Below are positions 9,343 through 18,374 of a stretch of 64,000 bases of DNA, piece after piece. Position 1 is the stretch's first letter. Every line of letters starts with the position of its first letter. A model generated the notes under the pieces. The model had not been told where the DNA came from. It searched no databases and saw only the letters and a program-made list of their open reading frames with translations. The translations under genes and the position numbers were made by a program. This stretch comes from a virus. Its lineage: Duplodnaviria > Heunggongvirae > Uroviricota > Caudoviricetes. The stretch lies in IMG/VR virus record IMGVR_UViG_3300011008_000003. One strand, 5' to 3'.

Positions 9343-9806
9343 TTTGACAATAATTCCTTAAATTCTTCAGTGCTCATATTTACAAGAGATGCTACTGAAG
9401 GCTGTTTATCATCGAGAACATTTAACGTTTTTTCAATATCTTTATTATATTCTTTGATAACTTTTCCTTTTATGCGTTCAATAAGGTCATTTTTAAGATA
9501 AGTAATTTCTTCTTTGTTTATAAGATACTTATTTCCGTCTAGTCTAGGTAACAATATGAATTCTATTTTTCCGTTATATTTTCTGGCTTTATATAATGTG
9601 TTATAAATTTCGAATTTAAAACTTCTTTCTAAATGGAGTAAGTCAAAACCATGCCATTTAATAAAATAACAACATCCATCATATAAATTGTCATGATAAA
9701 GCTCGGCACACAGCTTACCATTATCATACATGGTATCTAGTCCGAACTCATCCATGATTTTCTTTGCCTGTTTAAAAGTATATGCTTTTAGATACTTAAC
9801 TGACAT
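9321..9806 (-). CDS. Paralog array 1 member with C-terminal extension
   Basis: IMDEFGL..HDNLYDG..FIKW; YNKDIEKTLNVLD followed by extra residues. Confidence 0.75.
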   Translation of the reverse strand: MSVKYLKAYTFKQAKKIMDEFGLDTMYDNGKLCAELYHDNLYDGCCYFIKWHGFDLLHLERSFKFEIYNTLYKARKYNGKIEFILLPRLDGNKYLINKEEITYLKNDLIERIKGKVIKEYNKDIEKTLNVLDDKQPSVASLVNMSTEEFKELLSKWVESQK

Positions 9807-10216
9807 TATAATGCCTCTATTGCTTCGTCAAGTTCTTCAATTTTATCGTTTTTCATTCGTTCATATAGTTTACGGACGACATTATCGATTGCAGTACGAA
9901 GTTCTTTAATATTATCGATCTCGACATATTTAGCGCCTTCAGATTCAAATACATTAAATGAATAACCGCCATAAAGTCTTTCTATTTCTGTCGCGACACG
10001 GAACTTAAAATCACCGTTTATTAATATAAGTTGAATAATTGGAGTAGCGCCTTTACCAATTATTTCTGGTCCAAAATCTTTAGAACCTAAAACACAATTA
10101 TATTCGTCAAAAAACGGTCTAGCACGTTGGTCATCCATTTTAACATATACAAGACCAACTGCTTCGATTGACTTTTTTGCGGCATCGTAAACTTCGTCTA
10201 ATGATTTATAGTTCAC
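9806..10216 (-). CDS. Paralog array 1 (divergent) member
   Basis: SIEAVGL; ends KIEELDEAIEAL. Confidence 0.7.
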   Translation of the reverse strand: MNYKSLDEVYDAAKKSIEAVGLVYVKMDDQRARPFFDEYNCVLGSKDFGPEIIGKGATPIIQLILINGDFKFRVATEIERLYGGYSFNVFESEGAKYVEIDNIKELRTAIDNVVRKLYERMKNDKIEELDEAIEAL

Positions 10217-10652
10217 TTAAAACCTCTTCAACTTTTTCGTTATGGATTTCTACTGCAAGGTCAAAGACACGTTTCTTCGTATCGTTAAACCATTTCACCA
10301 ACTGTTCATGCCAGTCTGAACCGTTTATCGGCAGAATCTGTCTGGAATTCTTCTCGTCAGCACAGAATATGATACATGGAACATGCCTAATTTTATCATC
10401 AGCCGTCAATATCGTATCGGAAGTTTTTACAGGTTCATAAAGCAAAAATCCAGAAAATGGAGACCAACGCAATACAACGGTACGTTTCCTTCTTATAGCG
10501 TCGCTATGCCAATAACCGTATATGAATACCGTCTGCGGATTATCTTTGGCTTCTAGGCCAAGTTCTTCCATGACCTCTATGGCTTTGTCTGCCGTAAATA
10601 TATGACGTACGGTTGTCGTATTATTCGTAGGTTTATAAAAAGTATCACTCAT
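10206..10652 (-). CDS. Paralog array 1 member
   Basis: VMEELGL..YGYWH..VLRW; ends HNEKVEEVLSEL. Confidence 0.8.
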   Translation of the reverse strand: MSDTFYKPTNNTTTVRHIFTADKAIEVMEELGLEAKDNPQTVFIYGYWHSDAIRRKRTVVLRWSPFSGFLLYEPVKTSDTILTADDKIRHVPCIIFCADEKNSRQILPINGSDWHEQLVKWFNDTKKRVFDLAVEIHNEKVEEVLSEL

Positions 10653-10654
10653 AA

Positions 10655-11068
10655 TTAACCTTCAAGTGCGTCAAGTGCAGAATTAATTTCAAGATTATAA
10701 TAATGTACTCGATAGTCGTTCAGTTCTTTCGTGATTTTTGCCGCAATATCCCTAGGGTCTTCATTTTTCTTTAAATATCTGATTTTCCTCAATGAACGTA
10801 AAACGAATTTCTGCGGTTCAAGCTGGAAAATATCGCTATGGTCGGCGACTACATCGAATATCGTAAATTTGAAACTACTTTTCAACCCGTCTACCATAAA
10901 GCTGTTCCATACGATGAAAAATCCGGTTCCGCCCTGTAACATGTCGTTTTCTATCAAGGCGCCGATCTGTTTGTCACTGCAAATGAACGTAGGCCTATAT
11001 CCGAAGGACTTAAGAAATTCGTATGCCTGGTTTTTCGTAAAGCAAATTTTATCATCAAACATAATCAA
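10655..11068 (-). CDS. Paralog array 1 member
   Basis: FLKSFGY.P..LQGG..FIVW; ends YNLEINSALDALEG. Confidence 0.8.
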   Translation of the reverse strand: MIMFDDKICFTKNQAYEFLKSFGYRPTFICSDKQIGALIENDMLQGGTGFFIVWNSFMVDGLKSSFKFTIFDVVADHSDIFQLEPQKFVLRSLRKIRYLKKNEDPRDIAAKITKELNDYRVHYYNLEINSALDALEG

Positions 11069-11433
11069 CCCAAATCGTTAAGTGCGTCCATTGTTTCGCG
11101 GTTACAGATTGTCAAGTAATACTTATTGATTTTCTTTTTCATGTCTTTAAATTTCTTATCAAACTTTTCTTCCCAGTCGAATGTATCGGTCGAAATATAT
11201 TTCCTGAATTCGTCGCGTGGAAACGTAAATTCGATAATACGACCAGCCCTGTCATTACGTTTCGTAAAGAAACAAAATCCTTTATCACGGTCCCACATGA
11301 TAACTCGCCGAGAAGCCCAGCCGTGGAGTTTTTCAAAAATCGGGTGTTCGTAAATACCGTAAAGTATTCCCATACCATACTCTACTTCCAGTCCACGTTC
11401 TTTTAAAAAATCTGCTGCTTGGTTCATAAACAT
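11065..11433 (-). CDS. Paralog array 1 first gene (leaderless)
   Basis: Start corrected to ATG 6 nt after TATATT; FLKERGLEVEYGMG..HP..VIMWD; ends NRETMDALNDLG. Confidence 0.8.
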   Translation of the reverse strand: MFMNQAADFLKERGLEVEYGMGILYGIYEHPIFEKLHGWASRRVIMWDRDKGFCFFTKRNDRAGRIIEFTFPRDEFRKYISTDTFDWEEKFDKKFKDMKKKINKYYLTICNRETMDALNDLG

Positions 11434-11439
11434 GTGTAT

Positions 11440-11474
11440 AATATAATAAAAAGGGTGACTTTCGTCAACCCTTT
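11440..11474 (-). promoter_or_regulatory. Fused terminator / early promoter heading array 1
   Basis: GGGTTGAC-GAAA-GTCACCCTTTTTAT-TATATT; 17-bp spacer. Confidence 0.85.
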
Positions 11475-11497
11475 CCTTATCTCCATTATACCCAAAT

Positions 11498-11797
11498 TTA
11501 CTTCCAGCTATTACAGTCTTCAGGGAAATGCTTTGCACATTGAAGCATCTTGCCGATACCGTAAGAGCAATGCTGACAATGCTTGCACTGTTCAGGTACA
11601 TTCAGAACGAATTTCTCAAGGAAATGCTTTGCGTCTTCCATAGTCATACAGCTGATTGTATGAGACATAGTACGGTCGGCGTAATGCCAAACCGAAGCGA
11701 AGTTTTTCCAGAAGAACCAGCCCTTCCATTGCGGAAGATAACAGCTGTCGTTAACCTTCTTGATTCGATACTTGTTGCCGATTTTCAGAATTTCCAT
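11498..11797 (-). CDS. Hypothetical protein with C-terminal Cys cluster
   Basis: YLPQWKGWFFW; CKHCQHC..C..C. Confidence 0.6.
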   Translation of the reverse strand: MEILKIGNKYRIKKVNDSCYLPQWKGWFFWKNFASVWHYADRTMSHTISCMTMEDAKHFLEKFVLNVPEQCKHCQHCSYGIGKMLQCAKHFPEDCNSWK

Positions 11798-12173
11798 TTT
11801 TATTTCCCCGTTCTAAGTTTGCAATTTTTTGTTCAAGCATTTCGATTTTTTCTCGATTCCATTTATCGAGCCATGGTCCGTTTACCGCCCAGAAACGTTC
11901 GTCGATACTACATGCGGCCAATTGTCCGTATTTATCAGTCAAACGATTTCGTTTAAACTCGGCTAGCTGTTCTGGTCTCATCCGCCTTTTGTCTTCAGTA
12001 GTAATTTCAAAAATACTCGGTTCAGAATCAACCTTATGACCGTCGTGAGCATATAAGGGCGTAACGCTTATGACCGGATATGAGATCTTACCCCAGGATT
12101 CGTTAATCCCGATTGAAATTACCGGATTGCCATTAATTTTTTGTAATTCTGCGATAAGATCTTCTTTTCTCAT
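11751..12173 (-). CDS. Hypothetical protein
   Basis: 140 aa in operon. Confidence 0.65.
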   Translation of the reverse strand: MRKEDLIAELQKINGNPVISIGINESWGKISYPVISVTPLYAHDGHKVDSEPSIFEITTEDKRRMRPEQLAEFKRNRLTDKYGQLAACSIDERFWAVNGPWLDKWNREKIEMLEQKIANLERGNKNGNSENRQQVSNQEG

Positions 12174-12174
12174 G

Positions 12175-12495
12175 TTAAATCATTCCCCAGTGCTGTACGA
12201 GACCGATAATCAAAAGGACAAACATCGGAATGAATGCCAAGAACTTAAAAAGTCCGACAATCTTTCCTGTAATCATTTGCAAAAAGCCGCCGCCGATTAT
12301 CAGCAGGAATAAAGTTGCGACAATGATACCGATAACGAAAGCCAAGATTCCGCCGTATGAAATTGCAAAGGCACACATGCCAATTTCAAGTACGTCAAAG
12401 ATAACAACAGGAATGCTTCCCTTTTCACCGAAAAGCTGCTTAACCAGGTCGATACCTTCGTAAATTGCGAAAATGGTTAGAATTGTTGCAAGCAT
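12175..12495 (-). CDS. Membrane protein (3-4 TM)
   Basis: Hydrophobic; AAGGAG SD. Confidence 0.7.
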   Translation of the reverse strand: MLATILTIFAIYEGIDLVKQLFGEKGSIPVVIFDVLEIGMCAFAISYGGILAFVIGIIVATLFLLIIGGGFLQMITGKIVGLFKFLAFIPMFVLLIIGLVQHWGMI

Positions 12496-12509
12496 TGTTT
12501 ATCTCCTTA

Positions 12510-12944
12510 TTAGAAAAATGAATGACCGTAAAAATTGATGCAAGCCTGACGGAGTTCTTCCCTGGTCGGCGTATGATAGCTGTCCTTTCCGGTAAGCTTC
12601 TGGACAACCGAGCGAGCGACCTCATGCTGGAGCCTATCGCGACGTTCGTCGTCATAGAAAAGTTCAGGACCGCAATCAGGAACTTCGTTGAGTTTCTTGC
12701 AAATCTGGTTAAAACGCTTGCCAATGTCCTTGATAATTTCCGCATCGGCCTTATCCTTGAACGCTCCCATTTCCTGGAACGTGAAGTAGGACTTACCGTC
12801 CTTATTTTCAAAACCTTTCATATGCGGCCAGTATTTTGCGCACCAGGAACAGTTTTCACCGGCGCCGTCTGACATCTGACCGCTGAGGCCGTCAAGCATG
12901 TCAATTTCATCTTTAGTCATTGTAGGAATTTCAATAGTCTTCAT
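12510..12944 (-). CDS. Hypothetical protein
   Basis: Start corrected to MKTIEIP downstream of promoter element 12972-13010. Confidence 0.7.
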   Translation of the reverse strand: MKTIEIPTMTKDEIDMLDGLSGQMSDGAGENCSWCAKYWPHMKGFENKDGKSYFTFQEMGAFKDKADAEIIKDIGKRFNQICKKLNEVPDCGPELFYDDERRDRLQHEVARSVVQKLTGKDSYHTPTREELRQACINFYGHSFF

Positions 12945-12971
12945 TTTATACCTTTTTGGTTCGATATATTT

Positions 12972-13010
12972 AATATAGCAAAAGAGTTGACTAGTGTCAA
13001 CCCCCTTTTT
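12972..13010 (-). promoter_or_regulatory. Fused terminator / early promoter
   Basis: GGGGTTGAC-ACTA-GTCAACTCTTTTGC-TATATT; TTGACA-17-TATATT. Confidence 0.85.
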
Positions 13011-13419
13011 AATCAAGAACATTTAACAATTGTTCCATTTCCTTATTCTTGTCGTTCGTAATGAGCTTAACGATTTTCTTTTTTACGACGTTTATCGCAT
13101 AATTTAAATCTTCCGGTTCATTTGCATAAAGCATATGCTTGTGTGAACACATGAGAATCATTCCGTTTTCATGTTTTCTATTGTTAAGCCAACATACCGA
13201 CGGGAATATACCGATACGTTTATTTCTGATGTCCCAGGAAAATATAGCGCTTTTACCGTGAGATAGATATTCATTTTTCAAATGTCCATGAATAGATAAC
13301 GGCGAAACAAGAATCGGATCGTCTTCTTCAATTATAAGGTCATACGATTTGAATAACTCCTTTACTTCTTCAGGAGTTTCTATCTTCAAATTTCCGTTTT
13401 CTTTATATTTCGAGTACAT
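13009..13419 (-). CDS. Paralog array 1 family, dispersed member
   Basis: TPEEVKELFKSYDL..HG.L..IFSWD..YANEPED; ends NKEMEQLLNVLD. Confidence 0.75.
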   Translation of the reverse strand: MYSKYKENGNLKIETPEEVKELFKSYDLIIEEDDPILVSPLSIHGHLKNEYLSHGKSAIFSWDIRNKRIGIFPSVCWLNNRKHENGMILMCSHKHMLYANEPEDLNYAINVVKKKIVKLITNDKNKEMEQLLNVLD

Positions 13420-13420
13420 A

Positions 13421-13735
13421 TCAATCCAAAACTTTAATAATTTTATTTACATTTCTGTTATGGATAAATTCAATATCGATTTTCCAGCCGTTACGCAGAA
13501 GATCCTGTATCAGACAGAACGGAGAATAGTTTTCGAAAAGATGTTCATTTGTATCTACGTCATAAAGTACATATTGGTCTTCCCAATGATCGACTTCATG
13601 GGAATGAATATATACTTTACGTTTATTCCGGTCACGGTCGATTACTATAAAGTGTTCATCTATAGTAAAATCTACCAGTAATTTCCAGAGGTCGTCGATT
13701 TCTCGCTGTGACGGTTCATATACCCAGTTTTCCAT
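13421..13735 (-). CDS. Hypothetical protein with family-type C-terminus
   Basis: Ends HNRNVNKIIKVLD. Confidence 0.65.
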   Translation of the reverse strand: MENWVYEPSQREIDDLWKLLVDFTIDEHFIVIDRDRNKRKVYIHSHEVDHWEDQYVLYDVDTNEHLFENYSPFCLIQDLLRNGWKIDIEFIHNRNVNKIIKVLD

Positions 13736-13736
13736 A

Positions 13737-14297
13737 TTATTTCCTGATACTGTCAAAGTCCTTGATGAGCTTTTTAACTATATGCTCATTTTCTTCTTTT
13801 CGCTGCTGAGCTTCTTCTGCCTTCTTCTGCTTGCGTTCATCAACGGAAACAAAATAAATCGGGAGCTTATAGAAGAAGAAATACAGAGTAGCGAGAATAC
13901 TCTTGAACAACATCGCAATTGCCCAGACGATTGTAAGAGTCGTCCAGTTGAATACAGGACCCAATACCATCATGCAACTGACATTGACATAGAAATAACC
14001 AAGCTTCTGGTTTTTCTCCTTGTTTTCACCACGAGATTCTGTCAGGACTGCGCCGTAAAGGAATATCGCAAACGCTAAGATAATGTAGAGCACGCAGAAA
14101 AATGCTAGCAAAACCGGATGTTCAGCCCAGACCATATCAGGCCAGCCGAAAACAAACGGAGTATTGGGATGAGTACAGGCACCGATTGCCTGCAGGACGA
14201 ACATAATCGCTGTATATGTAAGCAAAACTGCAAACCATGCACAGTTTACGAGTTCACTGTTCCAGTTAATGGCTTTCTTGAATTTAAACAAAGACAT
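13737..14297 (-). CDS. Multi-pass membrane protein
   Basis: Four hydrophobic segments; TAATG coupling with upstream gene. Confidence 0.7.
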   Translation of the reverse strand: MSLFKFKKAINWNSELVNCAWFAVLLTYTAIMFVLQAIGACTHPNTPFVFGWPDMVWAEHPVLLAFFCVLYIILAFAIFLYGAVLTESRGENKEKNQKLGYFYVNVSCMMVLGPVFNWTTLTIVWAIAMLFKSILATLYFFFYKLPIYFVSVDERKQKKAEEAQQRKEENEHIVKKLIKDFDSIRK

Positions 14298-14542
14298 TAT
14301 CTTACCTCGATGCACTTGTAGGAGAAATAGGTTTTATAGTCGATTACGACACCGACCGTATCGTTTGCGAAAAAATCCGGATTCTTGCTCTGAGCATGGA
14401 AATAACGCTTGGAATATTCCTGTTCGAAATCGGAACCGGCGAGTTCACATGCCGTACGGGAAGTAAATCCCGGAACAGAAGTCATGGCTGTCTGCGGATT
14501 AGTCATTCCGGTGACCATCATCATCAAAACCAAAGTAAACAT
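14297..14542 (-). CDS. Small exported protein
   Basis: Hydrophobic N-terminus; GF.SR.AC..AG and C-terminal C. Confidence 0.6.
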   Translation of the reverse strand: MFTLVLMMMVTGMTNPQTAMTSVPGFTSRTACELAGSDFEQEYSKRYFHAQSKNPDFFANDTVGVVIDYKTYFSYKCIEVR

Positions 14543-14544
14543 TA

Positions 14545-14757
14545 CTAGACTCCCTTATAAGCGTTATAAATTCGACGTGCTACTGATTTTGGAGATTTTT
14601 TCTGAATAAACGCGACATTAATACACGGCATGTTTTCCGCGATAATCTGGTCGTAATCCAAATCGGGTTGGCAGGCAAACTCGTTATAAAGTTCATGTAA
14701 AACGTCTTCGACGAAATATTCTTTCTTATATTCCGTTTTAACTGTTACTTTTTTCAT
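14545..14757 (-). CDS. Hypothetical protein
   Basis: AAGGAG SD in leader TAACCAAGGAGTAA. Confidence 0.7.
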   Translation of the reverse strand: MKKVTVKTEYKKEYFVEDVLHELYNEFACQPDLDYDQIIAENMPCINVAFIQKKSPKSVARRIYNAYKGV

Positions 14758-14780
14758 AGTTACTCCTTGGTTATATTCAC

Positions 14781-14818
14781 AATATAGAAAAAGGGTTGAC
14801 TTGCGTCAACCCCTTTTT
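14781..14818 (-). promoter_or_regulatory. Fused terminator / early promoter
   Basis: GGGTTGAC-GCAA-GTCAACCCTTTTTC-TATATT. Confidence 0.85.
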
Positions 14819-14835
14819 GTACCAAGGAAATGCTT

Positions 14836-15288
14836 TTATTCTTCTTTAAGCCATCGGTCAATCGGTTTCAGGATATACATGTCGATGCCATAGAAGAAAC
14901 CCACAATTAATACAATAAGCAGAATGCCGGTTTCGAAACAGAAAATCATTCCGCCGATTACCGTGATTCCCAACATGTAACCATTGCGAGGAATATACTT
15001 GTCGTGTTCTTCCCAGTATTCGGAACAGGTAATGTCCTTATAGACCTTATATGACAGTTTTGCACCTGTATTATCGATTAATGCATAATTAGACGTGTCA
15101 TATTCATTTAGGCCAAGCTGTTGGTCGATACATGTCGGCGACTTGTTCATGAATCCGTCAAAACCGGAGAACCACATCCAACGAACAGACAGGAAATTAC
15201 ACACAAGCAAGAACAGAACAGCGATTACGATTCCGGTCCACTTGATTGTACCCTTCAGGGCGTTTTTAGTCTTACGCTTCATCGTCAC
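14836..15288 (-). CDS. Two-TM membrane protein with Cys-pair loop
   Basis: TM - KSPTC...TCSEY - TM. Confidence 0.7.
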   Translation of the reverse strand: MTMKRKTKNALKGTIKWTGIVIAVLFLLVCNFLSVRWMWFSGFDGFMNKSPTCIDQQLGLNEYDTSNYALIDNTGAKLSYKVYKDITCSEYWEEHDKYIPRNGYMLGITVIGGMIFCFETGILLIVLIVGFFYGIDMYILKPIDRWLKEE

Positions 15289-15686
15289 CCTCCGTCTGCC
15301 ACCAGTCTACAATCTTATCCTTTAGCCACTTTGCGATATTGTAGAGCAAAATGCCGATTAATATAACATCAATGCCGAGAATTAACAGCGCGATAAGCTG
15401 GAATATGACACCGACATTGTGGGACATTTTCGGGTGAGTGTAATATTCATAGCAAGTCGAATATTCGTCAATTTTTTCAAGAGACGTTCCGTCCTTGCTG
15501 ACCTCGTATGCGTACACGGCCTTCTCACTCGCACATTCGGGCGCTTTAGAGAGCTCAACGCACTGTAGGTGGTCAACTTGATACCATCGGCGCAAAAAAG
15601 GCCTTATAGGGCATAATCTGTGCAAATAACAGCGCCAGGATGCCGATTACTGACGCCCATTTCTGTCTACGGGTTAGATACTTCAT
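15272..15686 (-). pseudogene. Frameshifted paralog of the 14836 two-TM protein
   Basis: MKYLTRRQKW-TM-YKAF at 15686 joins the 15272 frame after removing one base from the T6 run (plus A6 at 15594-15599), giving FLRRW..KAPEC...TCYEY-TM. Confidence 0.55.
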
Positions 15687-15693
15687 CTTTCCT

Positions 15694-16041
15694 CTAAGTA
15701 TAATCTTCGTTATATTCTGTTTCTTCTACCGATGCAGGAGGTTCCTTGACTTCGGGCTTGCTGTCAGTACCGACTGCGGCGATATAGGCGTTTATGCCCT
15801 TATATGTATCAAGGTTAAGCTTCATTTCGACGTTCTTGTTACGGAAAACAATACCGTCATTGAAACCGTAACAAAGAGTACAGTCAAGACAGTTGATATG
15901 GAAACGCTTTCCATAATACTCGTCGTTTTCAATAGTAATATTGATAACGTCGACATCCCAGAAACAAGAAAAATTACAATCCCGTTCTGAGACGTCAAAA
16001 TGAATGAATTTTCCTTCGCGAACCTTCATTAATCCTGGCAC
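15694..16041 (-). CDS. Hypothetical protein
   Basis: ORF in operon. Confidence 0.6.
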   Translation of the reverse strand: MPGLMKVREGKFIHFDVSERDCNFSCFWDVDVINITIENDEYYGKRFHINCLDCTLCYGFNDGIVFRNKNVEMKLNLDTYKGINAYIAAVGTDSKPEVKEPPASVEETEYNEDYT

Positions 16042-16238
16042 TCCAAGTTCGGAATATATTTTTCTTTGATCTCATCCGGAGCGTCGATAAGGTCGACCGT
16101 AATTTCATCCGGCTTGATCGGTTCCTTCGTAAGGCCCATCAGGGTGATGGCCTTCATTTCGTCGTACTGTTCGTCAGTCGCGTTATCAGGGACTTCGAAT
16201 TCACGAATAGCGGTGTAGGTAATCTTAAACTTCTTCAT
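16029..16238 (-). CDS. Hypothetical protein
   Basis: AAGGAG SD; promoter TTTACA-17-TATATT at 16277-16305. Confidence 0.7.
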   Translation of the reverse strand: MKKFKITYTAIREFEVPDNATDEQYDEMKAITLMGLTKEPIKPDEITVDLIDAPDEIKEKYIPNLECQD

Positions 16239-16308
16239 TTTTAACTCCTTGGTTTAATGTTCTTGAAGATGTTATCAATATAGCAAATAAAAACGTTCTT
16301 GTAAACCC

Positions 16309-17163
16309 TTACATCAGCGACTTTATGTCGACGCCGGCCTTTTCGGCGAGCTTTTTGGCGATTTCTTCCCAGTTGACTTCCTTTTGGGGATTTTTCTTCT
16401 TCGCCGTGGAATTCTTCTTCGGGGGTTTCTTGGCTTTCACCATTTCGGTCACTCGTTCGAGAATTCCCATATGTTTCAAAATCTGTATGGCCTTACGCAT
16501 ATAATCGCCGTCTTTCAGGAATTCCTGTTTTTCATAGCTGGACCTACGAAGTTTGGAAACATACAGGTTAATAAACTTGTCGGAAACATTCTTGAATACG
16601 TATTTAATCGGTTTATACCTATCGAAATCGCCTGCGAGACGATCATCCGGGCCGATCGGTCTTGTTATGACTTGGGTATGTATACCGCCGATTTTAAGCG
16701 GCTGGTTAATGAGTTTTGTACAATATGCCTGTTTAAATTCAAGACCGACCACAGTTGAATATTCGCCAAATGACATATTCGCATCTGCCGTATATCCGTC
16801 ATTTTCTTCATCGCATGAACTGAATAAAATACCGTCGTAGATAGTATCGTCGATACAAATCTTATGTCCGTTATAATCGGTTTCGTCTACTTCGACTTCA
16901 TGCGGGTGCGGTTCTTTACATTCAAGATGAATATCGTGAACCTTGAAATGATAATATTTAGTAGACCTGTACGGTTTTTCAATCTGGTCTTCCGGGATAT
17001 ATTCGTGATAATCCAACGCGTCGTCAAGATATGCATGGAAACAGTACGAGATAACAAGCCCGTCAGCACGCTTGACAGCCTTCCACGAATCAACGGTATA
17101 TTCTTTACCGTCAGATTTCCTGATGAACTTGTCGCCGAGATAATACTTAAGCTTGATTTTCAT
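16309..17163 (-). CDS. Hypothetical protein, Lys-rich C-terminus
   Basis: 284-aa ORF. Confidence 0.7.
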   Translation of the reverse strand: MKIKLKYYLGDKFIRKSDGKEYTVDSWKAVKRADGLVISYCFHAYLDDALDYHEYIPEDQIEKPYRSTKYYHFKVHDIHLECKEPHPHEVEVDETDYNGHKICIDDTIYDGILFSSCDEENDGYTADANMSFGEYSTVVGLEFKQAYCTKLINQPLKIGGIHTQVITRPIGPDDRLAGDFDRYKPIKYVFKNVSDKFINLYVSKLRRSSYEKQEFLKDGDYMRKAIQILKHMGILERVTEMVKAKKPPKKNSTAKKKNPQKEVNWEEIAKKLAEKAGVDIKSLM

Positions 17164-17168
17164 TCTAA

Positions 17169-17393
17169 TTACCCAAACGTTACGGTAGTGGTGAAAGTTA
17201 CTTTCAGAACGGTAAGGTTCTGTGCGTTGAAATTCTTCTTCAGATAATCAAGGGTACGATTTGCAGAATCTTCAGATTCATGCTTCATAGCCCATTCGGG
17301 ACTGGTACAATAGACGATGTGCTTCTTGTCCGCGAAAGACCAGTTCTGAACAGCCTTGCCCGTTGCCGGATTGACAATGATATATTTAGACAT
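17169..17393 (-). CDS. Hypothetical protein
   Basis: AAGGAG SD after promoter element 17418-17451. Confidence 0.7.
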   Translation of the reverse strand: MSKYIIVNPATGKAVQNWSFADKKHIVYCTSPEWAMKHESEDSANRTLDYLKKNFNAQNLTVLKVTFTTTVTFG

Positions 17394-17417
17394 GTTTACT
17401 CCTTGGTTACATGACTA

Positions 17418-17451
17418 AATATAGAAAAAGGGCTGACTTTCGTCAACCCTT
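17418..17451 (-). promoter_or_regulatory. Fused terminator / early promoter
   Basis: AGGGTTGAC-GAAA-GTCAGCCCTTTTTC-TATATT. Confidence 0.85.
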
Positions 17452-17821
17452 ACTTATTAAAAGGAATAAGCTTTTTCGTCAGATTCATCAATAAAACCAT
17501 ATCTATATCCGGGTCACGTAATGATTTTATCAATTCCGGCGTTCGAAATTCTTGCTTTATTAATCGCAGAAGATTAGCTTGCAAAGAATCTACAGGAAAC
17601 CAGACACGGTTATGAGTCGCTATTTTTATACAGACATGATTTTCTCTATATTTGTCTATACATTTTCGGACAACCTTTTTGCCATGTTCTGTCTTTTTAT
17701 ATTTTTTAGCATATTCGGCCATTACACGTTTTCCGTTTGCTGACTCACGGTATTTCTTACCCTGTATACGGTGCATAGCCAGTCTATGCTGTCTTGCTTC
17801 TTCACTTTCGTTTTTCGGCAT
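17450..17821 (-). CDS. Basic helical-repeat protein, possible nucleic-acid binder
   Basis: Repeats KKYRESANGKRV / KKYKKTEHGKKV / DKYREN. Confidence 0.55.
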   Translation of the reverse strand: MPKNESEEARQHRLAMHRIQGKKYRESANGKRVMAEYAKKYKKTEHGKKVVRKCIDKYRENHVCIKIATHNRVWFPVDSLQANLLRLIKQEFRTPELIKSLRDPDIDMVLLMNLTKKLIPFNK

Positions 17822-17822
17822 A

Positions 17823-18326
17823 TTAAACCTCCCATGTATCGATAATGTCGTTAAAATCGTCCTTGGCCAGTTTGATTAACTTCTTTATTTCAGTATTGTC
17901 GTCATAAACTTCATCAATATCGCTTTCATGAATATCAAACTGTTCGTCTTCGGAATAGGAAATATAGGACGAACCCCAGTCGCTTGTCAAATGAGCAACC
18001 CGTTTCCATTCGTCATTAAATGTGATATGGACAATCTTGGCATGACAACGGAAAAACCCGTGACCCTTGAAATCGATACCGAGAACATGGACAATCTTGA
18101 TGTCGTTCTTATTCGGTACACTCGACATCATCGTTACATGTCTTCCGTATATTACGAGATACTTGTCCTTATATTTAGCCTCGAGTTCAGACTTGCTAGC
18201 CTGAGCTTTCTTTTCCTTGGCTTCTTGCAGACATCTATCTGAAAATTCACGAAGACTACGAAGTGAATTCTCGTCCGTTATCGTCTTTATCTTATTCTTG
18301 AGTTCTTGTAATTCCGTTTCTGCCAT
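17823..18326 (-). CDS. Hypothetical protein (coiled-coil + beta domain family)
   Basis: Promoter TTTACG-17-TATATT at 18346-18374. Confidence 0.7.
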   Translation of the reverse strand: MAETELQELKNKIKTITDENSLRSLREFSDRCLQEAKEKKAQASKSELEAKYKDKYLVIYGRHVTMMSSVPNKNDIKIVHVLGIDFKGHGFFRCHAKIVHITFNDEWKRVAHLTSDWGSSYISYSEDEQFDIHESDIDEVYDDNTEIKKLIKLAKDDFNDIIDTWEV

Positions 18327-18374
18327 ATAGAATCCTTTTTTACCAAATATAGTAAAAAATTACTCAGCCGTAAA

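Noticed and set aside
7419-11433. Diversity-generating retroelement or DNA tandem repeat behind the paralog arrays
   Set aside because: No reverse transcriptase and no near-identical template/variable repeat pair is visible; similarity is only at the protein level
11434-11601. ORF-track N-terminal extensions (11601, 13022, 25696, 33245, 50018, 54489 and similar)
   Set aside because: They run through promoter/terminator elements or upstream genes; downstream ATGs fit the promoter or SD geometry
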